Source: a virus
Direction: 5' to 3' (one strand)
DNA length: 64,000 nt
Virus record (IMG/VR): IMGVR_UViG_3300020419_000923
Location: 2,703-66,702 of that record
Shown: positions 37,741 through 47,735 of the stretch, piece after piece
Layout of the letters: the number at the start of each line of letters is the position of its first letter
Position numbering within the stretch: position 1 is the first letter of the stretch
Position numbers and translations under genes: made by a program
Notes under the pieces: generated by a model
Seen by the model: the letters and a program-made list of their open reading frames with translations, nothing else
Told to the model about the DNA's origin: nothing
Databases searched by the model: none

Positions 37741-37772
37741 AATAGCCTAGTGGGGGTTTAACCCCACTAGTA
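37741..37772 (-). terminator. Stem-loop between gp32 and uvsX (weak terminator or stabiliser)
   Basis: CTAGTGGGG-N6-CCCCACTAG 9-bp stem; short U tract. Confidence 0.55.
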
Positions 37773-37779
37773 TATATTT

Positions 37780-38754
37780 TTAGTTTTGTTGCCTTGCTCT
37801 TATCATGGAAAGAATGTCTTCAGCCTTTCCACTTGGTTGAGCTGGTTCTTCAGCTTTAGGAGCTTCTACCTTTGGGGCTTCTGCTACCGGAGCCGTTTCC
37901 TGCTTTGGGGAAGTATCCGCCTTAGGAGCAGTATTGCCTCGAGTCATAGGATCACCTGTTCTCGCAGACATACCTGCTGGACGAAAGTATTGTCCAAAAC
38001 GATCCATATCGTATGGTTCACCATCGACACTCGCTTCAAACATTTCTTTCATTACCTTAACTTCAACTTCACCTGGCTTCTTAGGAAGGAAGTCTGGTAA
38101 GTTAAACAAACCATTTGTTTCAATGGCTTTCATTTCAGCATCCGATAATGGACGCTCACGTCTTGCCCAACTTGAAGTTGAGTAATCTGCGTATCCGCCT
38201 TTTGTAGTTTTATTCAGACGAAAGTCTACACCAGCAGTATAATCTGTTGGTAACTCTTCCATGTCAGGATCCATAAGAGCCTGTTTGATGATTTGGAAAA
38301 TCTGTGGACCAATAATAAAACGTCTAATTGGATTTTCAGGAGTTGTATCGTCGCTTAATGCGTTCTCAGTTACAAATCCTTGGAAGATATATGATCTCTT
38401 CTTCCAATATTTTCGACCCATGTCTTCAAGACTTGCGTCTTTAAACCAGCCACGAACTTCGTTAAGAATTTCACAGCTATCACCATACATTTCCATACAA
38501 GGAACTTGTACTTGTACAGGACGAGAATCAGTCTCACCCTTTACACCTGCGAAAGGCAGTTTGATCATCAAACGTTCTTTCCAGAAAAATGTGTTGGATT
38601 CGTCACCATCAGGAAGGAAACGAAGCGTTGAGCTTTCGCTTTCTTTCATATTCCAGAATGGAAAAATTGCGTTGTCCCCGCCGGAGCTTTGTGAACCACT
38701 TGTGCGTGATTCTTGTTCTTTCAGTTTAGCTCTGATTTCTGCTAATGTTGCCAT
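37780..38754 (-). CDS. gp32: Single-stranded DNA-binding protein (gp32-like)
   Basis: LRFLPDGD, GRKYWKKRSY, GYADYSTS; strong GGAGG RBS. Confidence 0.88.
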   Translation of the reverse strand: MATLAEIRAKLKEQESRTSGSQSSGGDNAIFPFWNMKESESSTLRFLPDGDESNTFFWKERLMIKLPFAGVKGETDSRPVQVQVPCMEMYGDSCEILNEVRGWFKDASLEDMGRKYWKKRSYIFQGFVTENALSDDTTPENPIRRFIIGPQIFQIIKQALMDPDMEELPTDYTAGVDFRLNKTTKGGYADYSTSSWARRERPLSDAEMKAIETNGLFNLPDFLPKKPGEVEVKVMKEMFEASVDGEPYDMDRFGQYFRPAGMSARTGDPMTRGNTAPKADTSPKQETAPVAEAPKVEAPKAEEPAQPSGKAEDILSMIRARQQN

Positions 38755-38812
38755 AATAAGCCTCCTTTAAATTAGCCTTTGTATTGTGCCTAAAAGTGTA
38801 GCACATAAACAT

Positions 38813-38841
38813 ATACTACACGATATTATTTATAAAGTCAA
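38813..38841 (-). promoter_or_regulatory. Composite promoter: sigma70 with an embedded T4-late TATAAATA
   Basis: TTGACT (38841-38836), 17 nt, TAGTAT (38818-38813); TATAAATA at 38834-38827. Confidence 0.75.
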
Positions 38842-38871
38842 GTGTTTTTTTGCTTTATTTGTGGTTTTTGG

Positions 38872-41160
38872 TTATCTTAGTCCAGCAAGGTGTTGGATTC
38901 TAGCCATTTCTTCATCTTGACCTGATAATAGTTCTTCAATCATTTGGCCTGCTTCCCTAACAGCTTTCTCTCCGTACTTCTTTTGTACCGCTGTCAATAC
39001 TGCTGTCTCGCCTTTTGGAAAAGCATTTTGAGTATAATCATACATGCTTTTAACAAATTCGTCTAAAGGTGTTTCTTTAGGAGCCTTTAGTTCGTCTCCT
39101 TGCCCTTTTGGACTTATGTCTATAGTTGTAGAATCTTTATCATCACCTTCTTGTGGAACCGGCTCTTTATCTTTGCCAAATAGTTTCTGTGCTACTTTGT
39201 AACCACCTAGTGCCACAGCCGCTACCACCGCCGCTGGTAAAGCATATTGTTTACCAATCGCCGCTAATTGATCTAAATTAGGTACGTTTGGCATCATTCC
39301 TTTTAAGTCATCTGCTGTCTGGACCACTTTATCACCAACTTTATCAATAGCATCTTTAGCTTTATCCATTACTTCGCCAGCACCGTCAACTGCTCCTTTA
39401 ATAGCTTTTCCAGTATCATATGCGCCTTTGACAGCACTTCTACCAGTGTCTGTACCTGCTACTCCTGTTGCTACTGTCGCTTTTACCGGATTACGTTTAG
39501 CCCAATTCATAATAGCTTTGGCACCTTTTGTACCTCCTTTAATTGCTAAAGGAGTAAGCACTCTTGCCGCTGTTGTTGCCGCTGGAATCAATAAAGGAAG
39601 AAACGCAAATTCGTCAAGCTGTGCTTCTTTTACATCGCTTTCACCAACATAGTCTTGGATAAGTGCGTCAACATCTCCGCCGGCAAATGTAAGCATTCTA
39701 CTAAACCTTTTTTGATCCATGTTCATCATTACACGAAGAGCATCTTCACCTTTGGTTTTGTATATTTTCATCAACTGATCAGCTGTTGGCTTATCGCCTT
39801 CATTAGTTTGGCTATCAGCTAATAATTTTGCCGCTGTTGCTTTATTCATCTTTGTAGGATGTTTCTTACCTGATCCTGCTGGATATTCAAATTCTTTTTC
39901 ACCCTTTGCCGCCGCATTCGCCGCCGCCATTTTAAAATCTTCAAATGCTTGTTCTTCTGCTGTCATGGGTGCTTCTTGATTGAACTTTGCTCCATTTACA
40001 ATAGCATCAGCTTGAGGTTCAAAACTATATTGATCTTCTCCAAAGTCGCTATCATCACGATAATCTTCATCATTTACTTTATCCCAAATATCAACATTGC
40101 GTTCGCCGTGTTTCAGCATAAATTCTCTACGGTCCATGTCCTGGGCATCATCTTCCATGTCCATCATGTATCCTTTTACTTTACCTTCATCGATTAAATC
40201 TTCAGGTCCAAGGTCTTGTACTTTGTTTGCTTCACTTACTAATCTATAAATGTACGGAAAGACACCTTTGAGCTCTTCGTTAAACTGTCTAATAGTAAGT
40301 TCATCAATCCAGCTATTTGAAACATCTTCTGGAACTTCTTCAAGCACGGTATTGTCGAAGTTGTCGAATGCTTCTTTATATTTTGCTTTTGACTGTAACG
40401 CATGTGTCGATTTCTTTACGGCCTCGATTCTTTCATTTACAACGTCCATATAACCAGCAAGTCCTTCAGCCATTACACTTGAGCGATTCATGTAAGTTTT
40501 GAATTTGCGTAGTTTTGAAAGTTCTTCGGATAGTCCAATGATGTGTTTACCAAAGTCATCATATGGTGTTCCGCCTTCAGCAACGTGCATTGACATTGCC
40601 CTTGCTCCGTTTAAGTGTTTCATAGGATACTTAAATCTTTCTCCTGATTCACTTTCAATGTAAATCCCAGCAATGTCTCTTGTTCTACCTGCTGGTTGTT
40701 CTCGATTGATCTGCTGTGAATGCTTCACAATCATTTTAGCTGAACCAATGTCTTGAAAACTGGTTCTGCTTGTTCCGTATAGTTTCGATTCGCTCATTTG
40801 TTTCTCCGTGCTTAGATATTCATAATCTCTTTTGTCTAAACTGTTTTTTGTAATATCTCTTGTATCAAAGTTTAACATTCTTTTTTTAGCAAATGTTCTA
40901 AGTTCTTTTAAAAAACTAAACCAATTGCTCTTTAAACTAGCATCATTAGAATCAAACAGTTTATTGCTAAACATTACAGCAATTCCATCTTCATCTAAAC
41001 TAATACTTACTTTTTTTCCTGGTTGGAAATCAAATTCAAAGAATCTGCCCTGGGCAGGCATATTAGTTATAGTTGCTTCATTATCACCAACTGTAACTGA
41101 AGGATATCTTCCTCTGATCTTGTTAAAAAGTTCGTCTGCTATGTATTCAAGGTTTTTCAT
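38872..41160 (-). CDS. Large hypothetical protein, probably virion internal
   Basis: 762 aa; GATAAATA 5 nt before the ATG; next to terminase; acidic and Gly/Ala-rich segments. Confidence 0.6.
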   Translation of the reverse strand: MKNLEYIADELFNKIRGRYPSVTVGDNEATITNMPAQGRFFEFDFQPGKKVSISLDEDGIAVMFSNKLFDSNDASLKSNWFSFLKELRTFAKKRMLNFDTRDITKNSLDKRDYEYLSTEKQMSESKLYGTSRTSFQDIGSAKMIVKHSQQINREQPAGRTRDIAGIYIESESGERFKYPMKHLNGARAMSMHVAEGGTPYDDFGKHIIGLSEELSKLRKFKTYMNRSSVMAEGLAGYMDVVNERIEAVKKSTHALQSKAKYKEAFDNFDNTVLEEVPEDVSNSWIDELTIRQFNEELKGVFPYIYRLVSEANKVQDLGPEDLIDEGKVKGYMMDMEDDAQDMDRREFMLKHGERNVDIWDKVNDEDYRDDSDFGEDQYSFEPQADAIVNGAKFNQEAPMTAEEQAFEDFKMAAANAAAKGEKEFEYPAGSGKKHPTKMNKATAAKLLADSQTNEGDKPTADQLMKIYKTKGEDALRVMMNMDQKRFSRMLTFAGGDVDALIQDYVGESDVKEAQLDEFAFLPLLIPAATTAARVLTPLAIKGGTKGAKAIMNWAKRNPVKATVATGVAGTDTGRSAVKGAYDTGKAIKGAVDGAGEVMDKAKDAIDKVGDKVVQTADDLKGMMPNVPNLDQLAAIGKQYALPAAVVAAVALGGYKVAQKLFGKDKEPVPQEGDDKDSTTIDISPKGQGDELKAPKETPLDEFVKSMYDYTQNAFPKGETAVLTAVQKKYGEKAVREAGQMIEELLSGQDEEMARIQHLAGLR

Positions 41161-41168
41161 ATTAATAT

Positions 41169-42755
41169 TTATCCTAAACCGCCTGTAACGTAGATAGGCA
41201 TAGGTGGTTCAAATACCTCTTCTCCGTCTGCTTGACTGAAGGAATTGTAAATCCTTGGATCCCAGTCCTTTAAAACAGCCATCATTCTTAGTGCTAATAG
41301 TGTAGCACTTACTAAATCGTCTGTTTGTCCTACTTTAGCCCTAAAGCTAGTGCCAGTAGCAACATAATTTTTAAGTTCTGTTATTAAAGCCGCACTATTC
41401 AGCTTAATTTTATCGTTTTCAATCATTGTTTTTAATCTACTACATGCGGTAATTTTTGTACCATGTGTAGTGTTAAATCCTTTTCTAAATTTTCTTACGT
41501 GTCCTTTTCGCATAGGTTCACTTATAAACAAGCCTGGAATATTCTCTTCACCGTAATCATTTATTACAATTAGAGCCGCTTCTCCTATAGCGTTGTTCTC
41601 TACGCTCCAGTATATATTAGTACCTTGGTTCTTACACTTGTCTTTTAGATGCTGACATATATCCTTCAATATTCTAATTTGAGCAGGTATAGGTGTTTCA
41701 TTATGTCGCCATTCCGCTACTTGTTTGTAGCTAGGAACTTCATAAACTTGAATAGCCGCGAAGTCTCCTCCTGTACCCATACTAGGATCAAGTGCTACAA
41801 CATAGTTTTCTGATCCGTTTATTTCTTCATACCACCTAGTTTGACCCATATTCATCTTAGGTTTCTTTGGTTCTAATGTAGAAAGTTTTATAGAGTTAAT
41901 TAAAGTTTCGTCATAAACTAAAAATTCACAACCATATTCTCTTCTAAATCTTTCCTCACCAATTCTACCTATTTCTGCTTCACGCCATTTATCATCTCTA
42001 TCTGGGTGTTCGTTCCATTTAGCAGTAAATCCATGAAAGCCGTTTATACCAACTGTTTGCTCATTTCCATTAGCATCAAATTTATTTTGACTTTCTTTCC
42101 AAATTATAGCAAACGTGTCTTCATCAGAATTAGGTGTACTTGTAATAATAGCACGACCACCTGTTGCTAGTGTAGGTGAAATAGATGTCCAAAATTCATC
42201 TGCGATACTAGGACTTACAAACGCAAACTCATCACAGTATAGTAAAGATATTGACATACCTCTTCCTGTGTTACCTGTTGTAGTAGCACTAACAATTCTA
42301 CTGCCATTTTCAAATTCCATTGACCCTTTGTTGTAGTTTGTTACACCTGCCCTAATAAAATCAGGACATAATTCATAACCGTATCTTATACGTTGCATTA
42401 TTTCTTGGGCACCTGTATATTTGTGTGCGGCAATTAATATTGTTTGATCTGGATGAAACATAGCATACCATAACAAGTAACCTGCGGCAGTAGTTGTCTT
42501 TCCGCTTTGCCTTGGTAGCATGTTGATATTAAATCTATGATCGTGATAACTGTTTAGTAGCTTTTGTTGGTATTCATATGGTGAAAACAACATCTTTCCA
42601 GCAACAGGATGTTGTATGTTAAAAAACTTTTCACAAAAATAAAGATATCCTGTTTCAGGTTGCGTACAGGATTGTAAATCAGCGATTTGCTGTTCAGTAA
42701 ATGTTTCACGTGTATTGGCTTTTTTTGTTAATACGCCATCTAAACTTTTAACCAT
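41169..42755 (-). CDS. gp17: Terminase large subunit
   Basis: PRQSGKTT, CDEFAF, ITSTPN, FRREY, ALDPSMG, DDLV. Confidence 0.95.
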   Translation of the reverse strand: MVKSLDGVLTKKANTRETFTEQQIADLQSCTQPETGYLYFCEKFFNIQHPVAGKMLFSPYEYQQKLLNSYHDHRFNINMLPRQSGKTTTAAGYLLWYAMFHPDQTILIAAHKYTGAQEIMQRIRYGYELCPDFIRAGVTNYNKGSMEFENGSRIVSATTTGNTGRGMSISLLYCDEFAFVSPSIADEFWTSISPTLATGGRAIITSTPNSDEDTFAIIWKESQNKFDANGNEQTVGINGFHGFTAKWNEHPDRDDKWREAEIGRIGEERFRREYGCEFLVYDETLINSIKLSTLEPKKPKMNMGQTRWYEEINGSENYVVALDPSMGTGGDFAAIQVYEVPSYKQVAEWRHNETPIPAQIRILKDICQHLKDKCKNQGTNIYWSVENNAIGEAALIVINDYGEENIPGLFISEPMRKGHVRKFRKGFNTTHGTKITACSRLKTMIENDKIKLNSAALITELKNYVATGTSFRAKVGQTDDLVSATLLALRMMAVLKDWDPRIYNSFSQADGEEVFEPPMPIYVTGGLG

Positions 42756-42771
42756 AGTAAACTATTTACTC

Positions 42772-42799
42772 AAAAAAATAGACTCCGGAGAGCCTATTT
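42772..42799 (-). terminator. Rho-independent terminator
   Basis: Minus strand ATAGGCTC-TCCG-GAGTCTAT followed by a T run. Confidence 0.75.
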
Positions 42800-42821
42800 G
42801 ATTCGCAAAGTTTTGGGGGAA

Positions 42822-43190
42822 TTATATTATGCCGTCGCCTGTAATAGCATCACCTGCTAAGCCGCCTAATGTGCCTCCAATGATAGTACCCACAGGTCCT
42901 GGAGCTACCATGTTTCCTAATACGGAGCCACCATATGCTCCAGCGGCACCGCCTAATGCTCCAGCTTTTAGATCAACATCATCTGGATCATCATCTTTTC
43001 CTGGATTTTTAGGATCGTCTATTTGTGCGGCCGATATTGGCTTTGTGTTAATGCCCATATTGTTCATTAATTTCATTAATTCACCAACTTCGTCGCAATG
43101 GTCAGCTGTCATAGAAACATTCATTGTAGCTTGTTCATTGACTGGTGTATTAATAGAGTCAATCTTATCTAAAAGATCACGCATTTTCAT
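42822..43190 (-). CDS. Hypothetical glycine-zipper protein
   Basis: Shares NExAxMNxSMTAD and PGKDD.P.D.DLKAG with the next gene. Confidence 0.65.
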   Translation of the reverse strand: MKMRDLLDKIDSINTPVNEQATMNVSMTADHCDEVGELMKLMNNMGINTKPISAAQIDDPKNPGKDDDPDDVDLKAGALGGAAGAYGGSVLGNMVAPGPVGTIIGGTLGGLAGDAITGDGII

Positions 43191-44107
43191 TACATTTTAC
43201 CCATGTGTGGATAGTCGCTATCGTCGGCACCGTCTAAAATATCAATAGCATCTTGTGCCTTAGACATACTTTGGTTCATACCGCCATCAGCATCATCACC
43301 AACGTCCTCAGGTTCAATTCCTCTTAGAGCCTTGAATGCATTGATATAAACTTTATCACCGGATTTTTTAACCATATCAAACATGCTGTTTAACTCATCA
43401 AGGATGTAATCGTACCTATGCTTTCCGTCTTTAATTTCCTGTGCAAACACAAACAATTGATCACCAATTTCTCCATGTTCTTTACCAAAGTGACCTTCAG
43501 GTACTTGGTATTCCTTATACAAGCCGGCAAGCTCTTCCTTAATTTTATCTGCTAGGTTCATTGGATTATCTCCACCTGCTACCTTTGGATAAGATTTTTT
43601 AGATTTATTTAGATCATTTCCGCTTTTAATAACGTCTGTATACGGAGCATAATCTTCATCTGGAGAATTAGCGTAATCGCCTTCGTTTTCAACATCGTCT
43701 CCTAGTGACTGACCAACTAATGCTCCTCCAACTAGTCCAGCTGGACCACCTAATGCTCCACCTATGCCTGCAGTACCTAAAGTTGTCAATGCTTTTCCAA
43801 TACCTGCTTTAAGATCCATGTCTCCTGGTACATCATCTTTACCTGGAATACTTGGGTTGTCATATTTTGGACCTACTGCCGCTCTAAATTTATCAATATC
43901 TTTTCTCATTGGCATAGGCATATCTGATGCTACTGGTTTAGCATTCATACCAGCATTTTTCATCATTGACATTAACTGTCCAACTTGTCCAGCATCATCA
44001 GCTGTCATTGAAATGTTCATTGATGCTGACTCGTTAATTTTTTGTTTTTTTGCTTTTGCTTGATCCTCTATGTTTGTCATCTGTTGGATCATATCTTTCA
44101 TGTTCAT
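43190..44107 (-). CDS. Hypothetical protein, paralogous to 42822..43190
   Basis: INESASMNISMTADD, glycine zipper, YANSPDE..SGNDLNKSK..GGDNPM. Confidence 0.65.
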   Translation of the reverse strand: MNMKDMIQQMTNIEDQAKAKKQKINESASMNISMTADDAGQVGQLMSMMKNAGMNAKPVASDMPMPMRKDIDKFRAAVGPKYDNPSIPGKDDVPGDMDLKAGIGKALTTLGTAGIGGALGGPAGLVGGALVGQSLGDDVENEGDYANSPDEDYAPYTDVIKSGNDLNKSKKSYPKVAGGDNPMNLADKIKEELAGLYKEYQVPEGHFGKEHGEIGDQLFVFAQEIKDGKHRYDYILDELNSMFDMVKKSGDKVYINAFKALRGIEPEDVGDDADGGMNQSMSKAQDAIDILDGADDSDYPHMGKM

Positions 44108-44108
44108 G

Positions 44109-44672
44109 TTACTTACTCCCTATAGGTGATTTTGTTCCAATATTGTCGCCTATATCCTTACTTTCAGGCGCTGGTTTTACATCAGCTATTGGACTGTTTT
44201 CTGTTTCTTTTCTAGCCGTCTCTAGTTCTTTCAAAAGACCCATAACTCTTTCACCACCAACAGTTTCTTGTGCTTTAGGATCTGCTTGACCCATGTCTGT
44301 CGTATCAAGTTTTGGTGTGTAAGGATTTTCTTCTTTTTGCGATTGGTACTCTATAGCAGGATCATTTTCTGTTCTAACTACTATATGAGCTCGCTCAATG
44401 TTCGTACAATGTGGAATATATTCTGATAAAACTTGTGGTGTTGTTGGATAATTGACTGCTACTTCATAGTATGTAACTTCACTATTAGAAAGTTGTGGAA
44501 AATCTAATGGTTTTTCCTGTATTGGAGTCTTTTTTCCAGGGCTCATTGATACAACACTAAATCGTTGTAAAGCTGATTCCATCGAATCAGCAAACCCTTC
44601 AGGTAGCTCACCTGCTACACCGATTGAAAATTTATATTCTTTTTTTGCTTCTGTAAGGTATTTTTCAAACAT
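44109..44672 (-). CDS. Hypothetical protein
   Basis: 187 aa; TPIQEKPLDFP; upstream GATAAATA. Confidence 0.6.
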   Translation of the reverse strand: MFEKYLTEAKKEYKFSIGVAGELPEGFADSMESALQRFSVVSMSPGKKTPIQEKPLDFPQLSNSEVTYYEVAVNYPTTPQVLSEYIPHCTNIERAHIVVRTENDPAIEYQSQKEENPYTPKLDTTDMGQADPKAQETVGGERVMGLLKELETARKETENSPIADVKPAPESKDIGDNIGTKSPIGSK

Positions 44673-44689
44673 ATTCCCGTCCTTATAAA

Positions 44690-45178
44690 TTATTTATCCA
44701 TATTCTTAAGTTTTTCCAGCAAACTATTACGGTCTGTAACTATATAGCCCTCTCCTTGGACTATTGATTCTCCATCCGGTTTGCCGTCTTTATCAAGTTT
44801 TTCTTTTCTAAGTTGTAATTCAACCATTTTTAGTTTTTTATCTAGCTTTGCTACTTTGGAGTCTAAATTGGTTTTTAGCATTTGACCAGCTACTTCAAAT
44901 ACTCTACCAGAATATCTTGACTCAACGTTCATACCCAAGTCCATTAGGTCTTCGTATGCTTCCATTGACTTTTCAGATACTTCATTTAGTTCCTTATCAG
45001 CCATTTCGCCCAGCCCTTTTACTTGGGGCAAAGCCGCTGAAATCTTGTCCATCTCTGCTATGTCACGTAAAGTATCATTCTGTTGTTGAATGACTTCGTG
45101 TTTTTCTTTGTCTTTTTCCTGTTTGATTAACTCTTTTGAATCAGGTAAATCTAACAGTTCTTCTAATTTTTTACTCAT
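44690..45178 (-). CDS. Coiled-coil protein, possible terminase small subunit
   Basis: Helical; RVFEVAGQML and C-terminal TDRNSLLEKL; position in the packaging cluster. Confidence 0.45.
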   Translation of the reverse strand: MSKKLEELLDLPDSKELIKQEKDKEKHEVIQQQNDTLRDIAEMDKISAALPQVKGLGEMADKELNEVSEKSMEAYEDLMDLGMNVESRYSGRVFEVAGQMLKTNLDSKVAKLDKKLKMVELQLRKEKLDKDGKPDGESIVQGEGYIVTDRNSLLEKLKNMDK

Positions 45179-45210
45179 AGCTTAAATCCATTATATGCTA
45201 GTATTATTTA

Positions 45211-45648
45211 TCACTTACGTTTACCCTGATGGAACAATTCCATTTCAGTGATTACCCTAAATTTTATCCCTTTGGATTTGGCATATTTGTTAGCGGCTTC
45301 CCACTTTGCCATATTTAGTACGTATGATGCTTGATTTTGTTTATTCTTTCCAACGCTTTCTCGCATTGCTTGAGAACTGGGTTTGATCTCAATTAGTTCT
45401 ACCTTTGCTCTGCCTTTTTTATCTTTATATTGAATAAAAAAGTCTGGTACATATACAGTGGGTTTACCAGTCAAAGGACTTCTATAAGGAATCTTAATTG
45501 CTTCACTTGCCCATGATCCTATGGCAGGGTTTTCGTCACAAAATTTCATAAAATGGAATTCCCAACTTGACCTATAAGTAGGAGATTTATTACCTACATA
45601 CTTGTCTGGATGTTTAAGTGTAAATTTACCCTGGGCCCAACGCTTCAT
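45211..45648 (-). CDS. gp4: Head completion nuclease (T4 gp4-like, TnsA-type)
   Basis: KYVG, YRSSWE, WASE..IPY, YVPDF, IEIKP, AKWEAA, FRVITE. Confidence 0.85.
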   Translation of the reverse strand: MKRWAQGKFTLKHPDKYVGNKSPTYRSSWEFHFMKFCDENPAIGSWASEAIKIPYRSPLTGKPTVYVPDFFIQYKDKKGRAKVELIEIKPSSQAMRESVGKNKQNQASYVLNMAKWEAANKYAKSKGIKFRVITEMELFHQGKRK

Positions 45649-45651
45649 TGG

Positions 45652-46026
45652 TTACCCCATGATGTTTCTTGATTCTGTAGGCTTACGTGTATCGGTTACT
45701 CTATATCCTAGAGTACTTACTTTTTGTCTATTAAAATTTAATACTTGCGTTACAGTATAACTTAACTGTAATTTATCTAAGCCTTTTAATGTGTCTAAAA
45801 GTTCAAAAACTTTTACACCATCTATTTTAGCTTGTTGAAGAATTACTGTTCCTGTGCTTATTGCCGCGGCTTTGTCAAACCCTTTGTTCTCTAAAAATCC
45901 AATTACAGCATCTACATCGTTGCTTGGAAAAGCAAGTTCTTTTCCATAATAACTATTGAAATACCTTTTGACAGTTGTTGCTGAATCTCTATTGTCAGGT
46001 TTTCTAGGTAAGTTTGCTTCAGCCAT
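45652..46026 (-). CDS. Hypothetical protein
   Basis: 124-aa ORF in the structural cluster. Confidence 0.6.
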   Translation of the reverse strand: MAEANLPRKPDNRDSATTVKRYFNSYYGKELAFPSNDVDAVIGFLENKGFDKAAAISTGTVILQQAKIDGVKVFELLDTLKGLDKLQLSYTVTQVLNFNRQKVSTLGYRVTDTRKPTESRNIMG

Positions 46027-46034
46027 TATTTCTC

Positions 46035-47252
46035 CTAAGGCCCTATGTAGTTAGGGTCGTCATATCCTGGACCGTTTGTTCCACTAGCATCTGGAGAAGA
46101 CTTAGATGAAATTGCTCCACTAGATGATGCGTTACTAAAAGCCTTTGCTCCTGCCATTGCTAAACCAGCCAATGCTAAGGTACTGGCGCCACCTCCGCCA
46201 CCTCCGCCTTTAGGAAAAGCTACTCCTGCCACTCCACTTACATCTATTCCTGATGCTTGACCAATGGCATCTAAACCTTCACCTATTAATTCTCCGGTTA
46301 TCCCTGCCTTTGATAAGTTGCCTAAGTTTTGAGCTGAGTTTGCCGCACGTAATACCGTTCCAAAATCAACAGTACCGCCTTGTATATCAGCAAGTACAGA
46401 ACCTGCTCCTGCTAACACACCACCAGCACCTAATAAACTAGAAGCGCCTCCTCCTGATAAAGAATTAGGACTAGGACTTTTATCATAATGTTCTACACCA
46501 AATCCCTTAGGACCTGCTTTACCAACTGGACCTCTACTGTAATGAACTGTTTCATATTCTAAAACCATTTGGTTAGCAACAGGAGTTTGGCCATCACTGT
46601 TATCCATAGTATCATGCGACCAACTTGAAATAATTGGATTAATAAGTGTCATTGCTGTATATCTTTTTCTTGACAATTGATATATCGTAATATTGTTAAA
46701 GAAAGGAGCAAAACTATCGTTGTCAAAACCGTATCTATACATTTTATCGCCGTATGCTTGACCTCTATTGTATGCGGCATGATTATGATATTCTTTGATT
46801 GTTGGATCTGGTGCTCCTGCTGGCATTACCTTTGAATATTGTCCATCTCGAAAATAGTATCTATAGTAGGCTTCCCACATAGCAGTTGTTACACCAAAAG
46901 CATCATCATGAAATGTAACTGTAATAGGTTGATAATCTATTCTTTTTTGTACAACTCTTTTTCTATTGTATTGATGTTTTACGTCCACCTGCACATTATA
47001 ACGAGGAAGGTCAACTGATTTAACAAGCATGTTTAGTTCGTTAATATGTTTTTGTGCAAGTTGCGGTATTACAGAAGCCGCTTCTCTGTTTATATCTATT
47101 GATACATGATAAAGAAATTTTACTTTAGGCGAAAGTCTATGACTATCATCAACGTATAGTCTAGCACCATGTTGATAATCCGCTAGGTTACCTTTTGGGT
47201 TCAACGCCCCTGATGCTATATTATCTAAAAAACCATTTAAAAAGTTTGCCAT
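46035..47252 (-). CDS. Tail-tube-like baseplate protein (gp48/gp54-like)
   Basis: VKSVDLP, QYNRKR, YQPITVTFHDD tube-fold motifs plus a Gly-rich tail. Confidence 0.6.
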   Translation of the reverse strand: MANFLNGFLDNIASGALNPKGNLADYQHGARLYVDDSHRLSPKVKFLYHVSIDINREAASVIPQLAQKHINELNMLVKSVDLPRYNVQVDVKHQYNRKRVVQKRIDYQPITVTFHDDAFGVTTAMWEAYYRYYFRDGQYSKVMPAGAPDPTIKEYHNHAAYNRGQAYGDKMYRYGFDNDSFAPFFNNITIYQLSRKRYTAMTLINPIISSWSHDTMDNSDGQTPVANQMVLEYETVHYSRGPVGKAGPKGFGVEHYDKSPSPNSLSGGGASSLLGAGGVLAGAGSVLADIQGGTVDFGTVLRAANSAQNLGNLSKAGITGELIGEGLDAIGQASGIDVSGVAGVAFPKGGGGGGGASTLALAGLAMAGAKAFSNASSSGAISSKSSPDASGTNGPGYDDPNYIGP

Positions 47253-47294
47253 ACTAATATTTATCTTATAGAATTAACTATGTATTTAATAAGA

Positions 47295-47735
47295 TCAGCA
47301 ACCTACGCCAAATACGTCTATTTCTTCATTATCTTTAGCCATAGATTTGATTTCAAGTACATTGAAATTAGGATCTTCTACAAAAAATGTTTCTTGTTGG
47401 TATTCAGTGTTCTCAAATCTTATATACGGCGAATCTAAAAAGCCACCATTAGCTAATACTTTTTCTTTTACAACATGGAAGTCATCATATGCTAAATGTA
47501 TGCCAAAATGTGGAACACAAACTTCTCCCATATCGACACTATGTCTTTCTCTTTCAGGACCTTTACTTTGTCTAGGGGTTGTTGAATGTAGAGTCAACTC
47601 GTTACCCCAAAAATCAATGTCCTGCCATTTTCCTTCTTCTGCCATATCCAACTCACAACCTAGTACTTCCTGGTACCAAGGCACAGTGATAGATAAGTCG
47701 CCACCTTCAATGGCTAAATGAAATCTGTTACTCAA
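47295..47735 (-). CDS. VOC/glyoxalase-family protein
   Basis: FHLAI, DIDFWGNEL, VPHFG, TFFVEDPNFNVLEIK. Confidence 0.8.
   Translation of the reverse strand: MSNRFHLAIEGGDLSITVPWYQEVLGCELDMAEEGKWQDIDFWGNELTLHSTTPRQSKGPERERHSVDMGEVCVPHFGIHLAYDDFHVVKEKVLANGGFLDSPYIRFENTEYQQETFFVEDPNFNVLEIKSMAKDNEEIDVFGVGC

Noticed and set aside
36697-38770. Long antisense ORFs (36697..37116, 38261..38770; also 9499, 40832, 42829, 52310, 60615)
   Set aside because: Shadows of well-supported genes on the other strand, with no recognisable motifs
45211-45648. TnsA-like nuclease as a Tn7 transposon
   Set aside because: Matches T4 gp4 head-completion protein in a structural cluster; no tnsB/tnsC
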